Part shown: piece by piece, positions 63,120 through 64,000 of the stretch | Position numbering within the stretch: the stretch's first letter is position 1 | Layout of the letters: the number at the start of each line of letters is the position of its first letter | NCBI RefSeq assembly: GCF_020745735.1 | Contig: NC_083409.1 | Coordinates: 14,068,760 to 14,132,759 of the forward strand | Length of the DNA: 64,000 nt | Reading direction: 5' to 3' | From: Hemiscyllium ocellatum | Lineage: Eukaryota | The notes under the pieces: model-generated | The model's input: only the letters and a program-made list of their open reading frames with translations | Database searches by the model: none | What the model was told of the DNA's origin: nothing | Program-made: the position numbers and the translations under genes

Positions 63120-64000
63120 AGAGTTAATTTAGACAGCACCAATCCGACCGAATCGGAGTCCCCGACTCCTCTCTCTTTTTTAAAAAATAGTGCCCTGGAC
63201 TCTATTTTGGATCCACAGGTCCCCGACCTGTTAGTGGGTGTCCCCACCTCCTCTTTAATCTTTCCTGAATTAATTCTTACCAAGGCCGATCCCTAGTAAG
63301 TAACGAGGGGTCAAGTGACGCACTAATGAATGAGAGGGAAACCAAACGACCAAAATACTCACGCCTGGCTGGCCGATTCCTCTACACTCAATAGCGGAGG
63401 ACTCAAGGCACTTACACCGCTTCCCATAATCTGTCCGTAATGAGTCCGAGTCATAGCACCAGATGGGATTTGGACCCCAGTGGACGGGGGGCAGGGGAGG
63501 TTCTGTTCCATGATCGGTCAATAAGCACTCACATTCGGTCTGGTTCTTTAAGACTTCATTCTTTAGTTTTCATACGTCCGGGCACAGATCGCCCAGAAAC
63601 ACAGAGGTTATACACTTCGGTGTTCCTCAGAGGAGCTGCACGCATGGCTTGAAACAAAGATATTTTTATACTTTTCTTAAAGAAATGTACAGGCCATTAT
63701 CGTGTAGTACATTCAGACAATTACCAATCAAGTTACAAAATAAGCTTAACTGACAGCAACTTGGTCCAATGATATTTCCTGGGAATCAACTTTATTTTCC
63801 AACACTTAAGGCCCTCTTATCTGACTAACGGAATCTTTGCACCAGCACTTGAAGGTCAGTTAGATTGGCCAGTAATGTCTCATCTAGTCTAGTTATTTCT
63901 ATGTTGTAAAGGAAGCATTGTCTGCTAATCTCTGTTGAGGCAGACTGTGATAGTCAATTATGCAGCTCTAACAGCGTTAAAAGCCATTTATGCAGCTTTT
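63120..64000 (-). mobile_element. Endogenous retrovirus 5' end: LTR (63464 to beyond 64000), PBS, truncated leader
   Basis: Minus strand has CCAAT boxes, TATAAAA 63670-63664, ACTAAA 63567-63562, LTR end ...TCCCA at 63464, then TC and the PBS. The lower boundary is approximate. Confidence 0.75.
63444..63461 (-). other. Primer-binding site, tRNA-His type
   Basis: TGGTGCTATGACTCGGAC versus the tRNA-His complement TGGTGCCGTGACTCGGAT (15/18; CG>TA fits CpG decay). Confidence 0.8.

Overview
Vertebrate, repeat-rich genomic DNA from a cartilaginous fish. The Ig light-chain sequence closely resembles nurse-shark NS4/type III (kappa), so a carpet shark is likely (inference). The core is a shark-style Ig kappa minilocus on the + strand: leader, V with 12-RSS, a 501-bp gap, 23-RSS with J, a ~8-kb intron, then C. 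It lies tail-to-tail with an intron-containing, disabled CEP350 fragment on the - strand, which has an endogenous-retrovirus 5' LTR and PBS(His) upstream of it at the window end. Bases 3954-32106 recur almost identically at 32120-60949, and the junction is exactly a 13-N gap. This points to an unresolved overlap of two haplotype contigs, so there is probably one real cluster rather than two. The copies differ by scattered SNPs, microsatellite and homopolymer lengths, a 680-bp indel, and a 1-bp frameshift in the first C-kappa exon. The rest is CR1/L2-type LINE debris, tRNA-derived SINEs and Penelope-like elements, one forming a TSD-flanked ~247-bp-arm hairpin with minimal hammerhead ribozyme motifs. 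No bacterial-type systems or CRISPR arrays are present. Family names come from remembered motif similarity; no database searches were run. I cannot claim a confirmed new biological system. The best leads are the LTR/CEP350-pseudogene/kappa arrangement, the hammerhead hairpin and a possible spliced antisense transcript across V-J.
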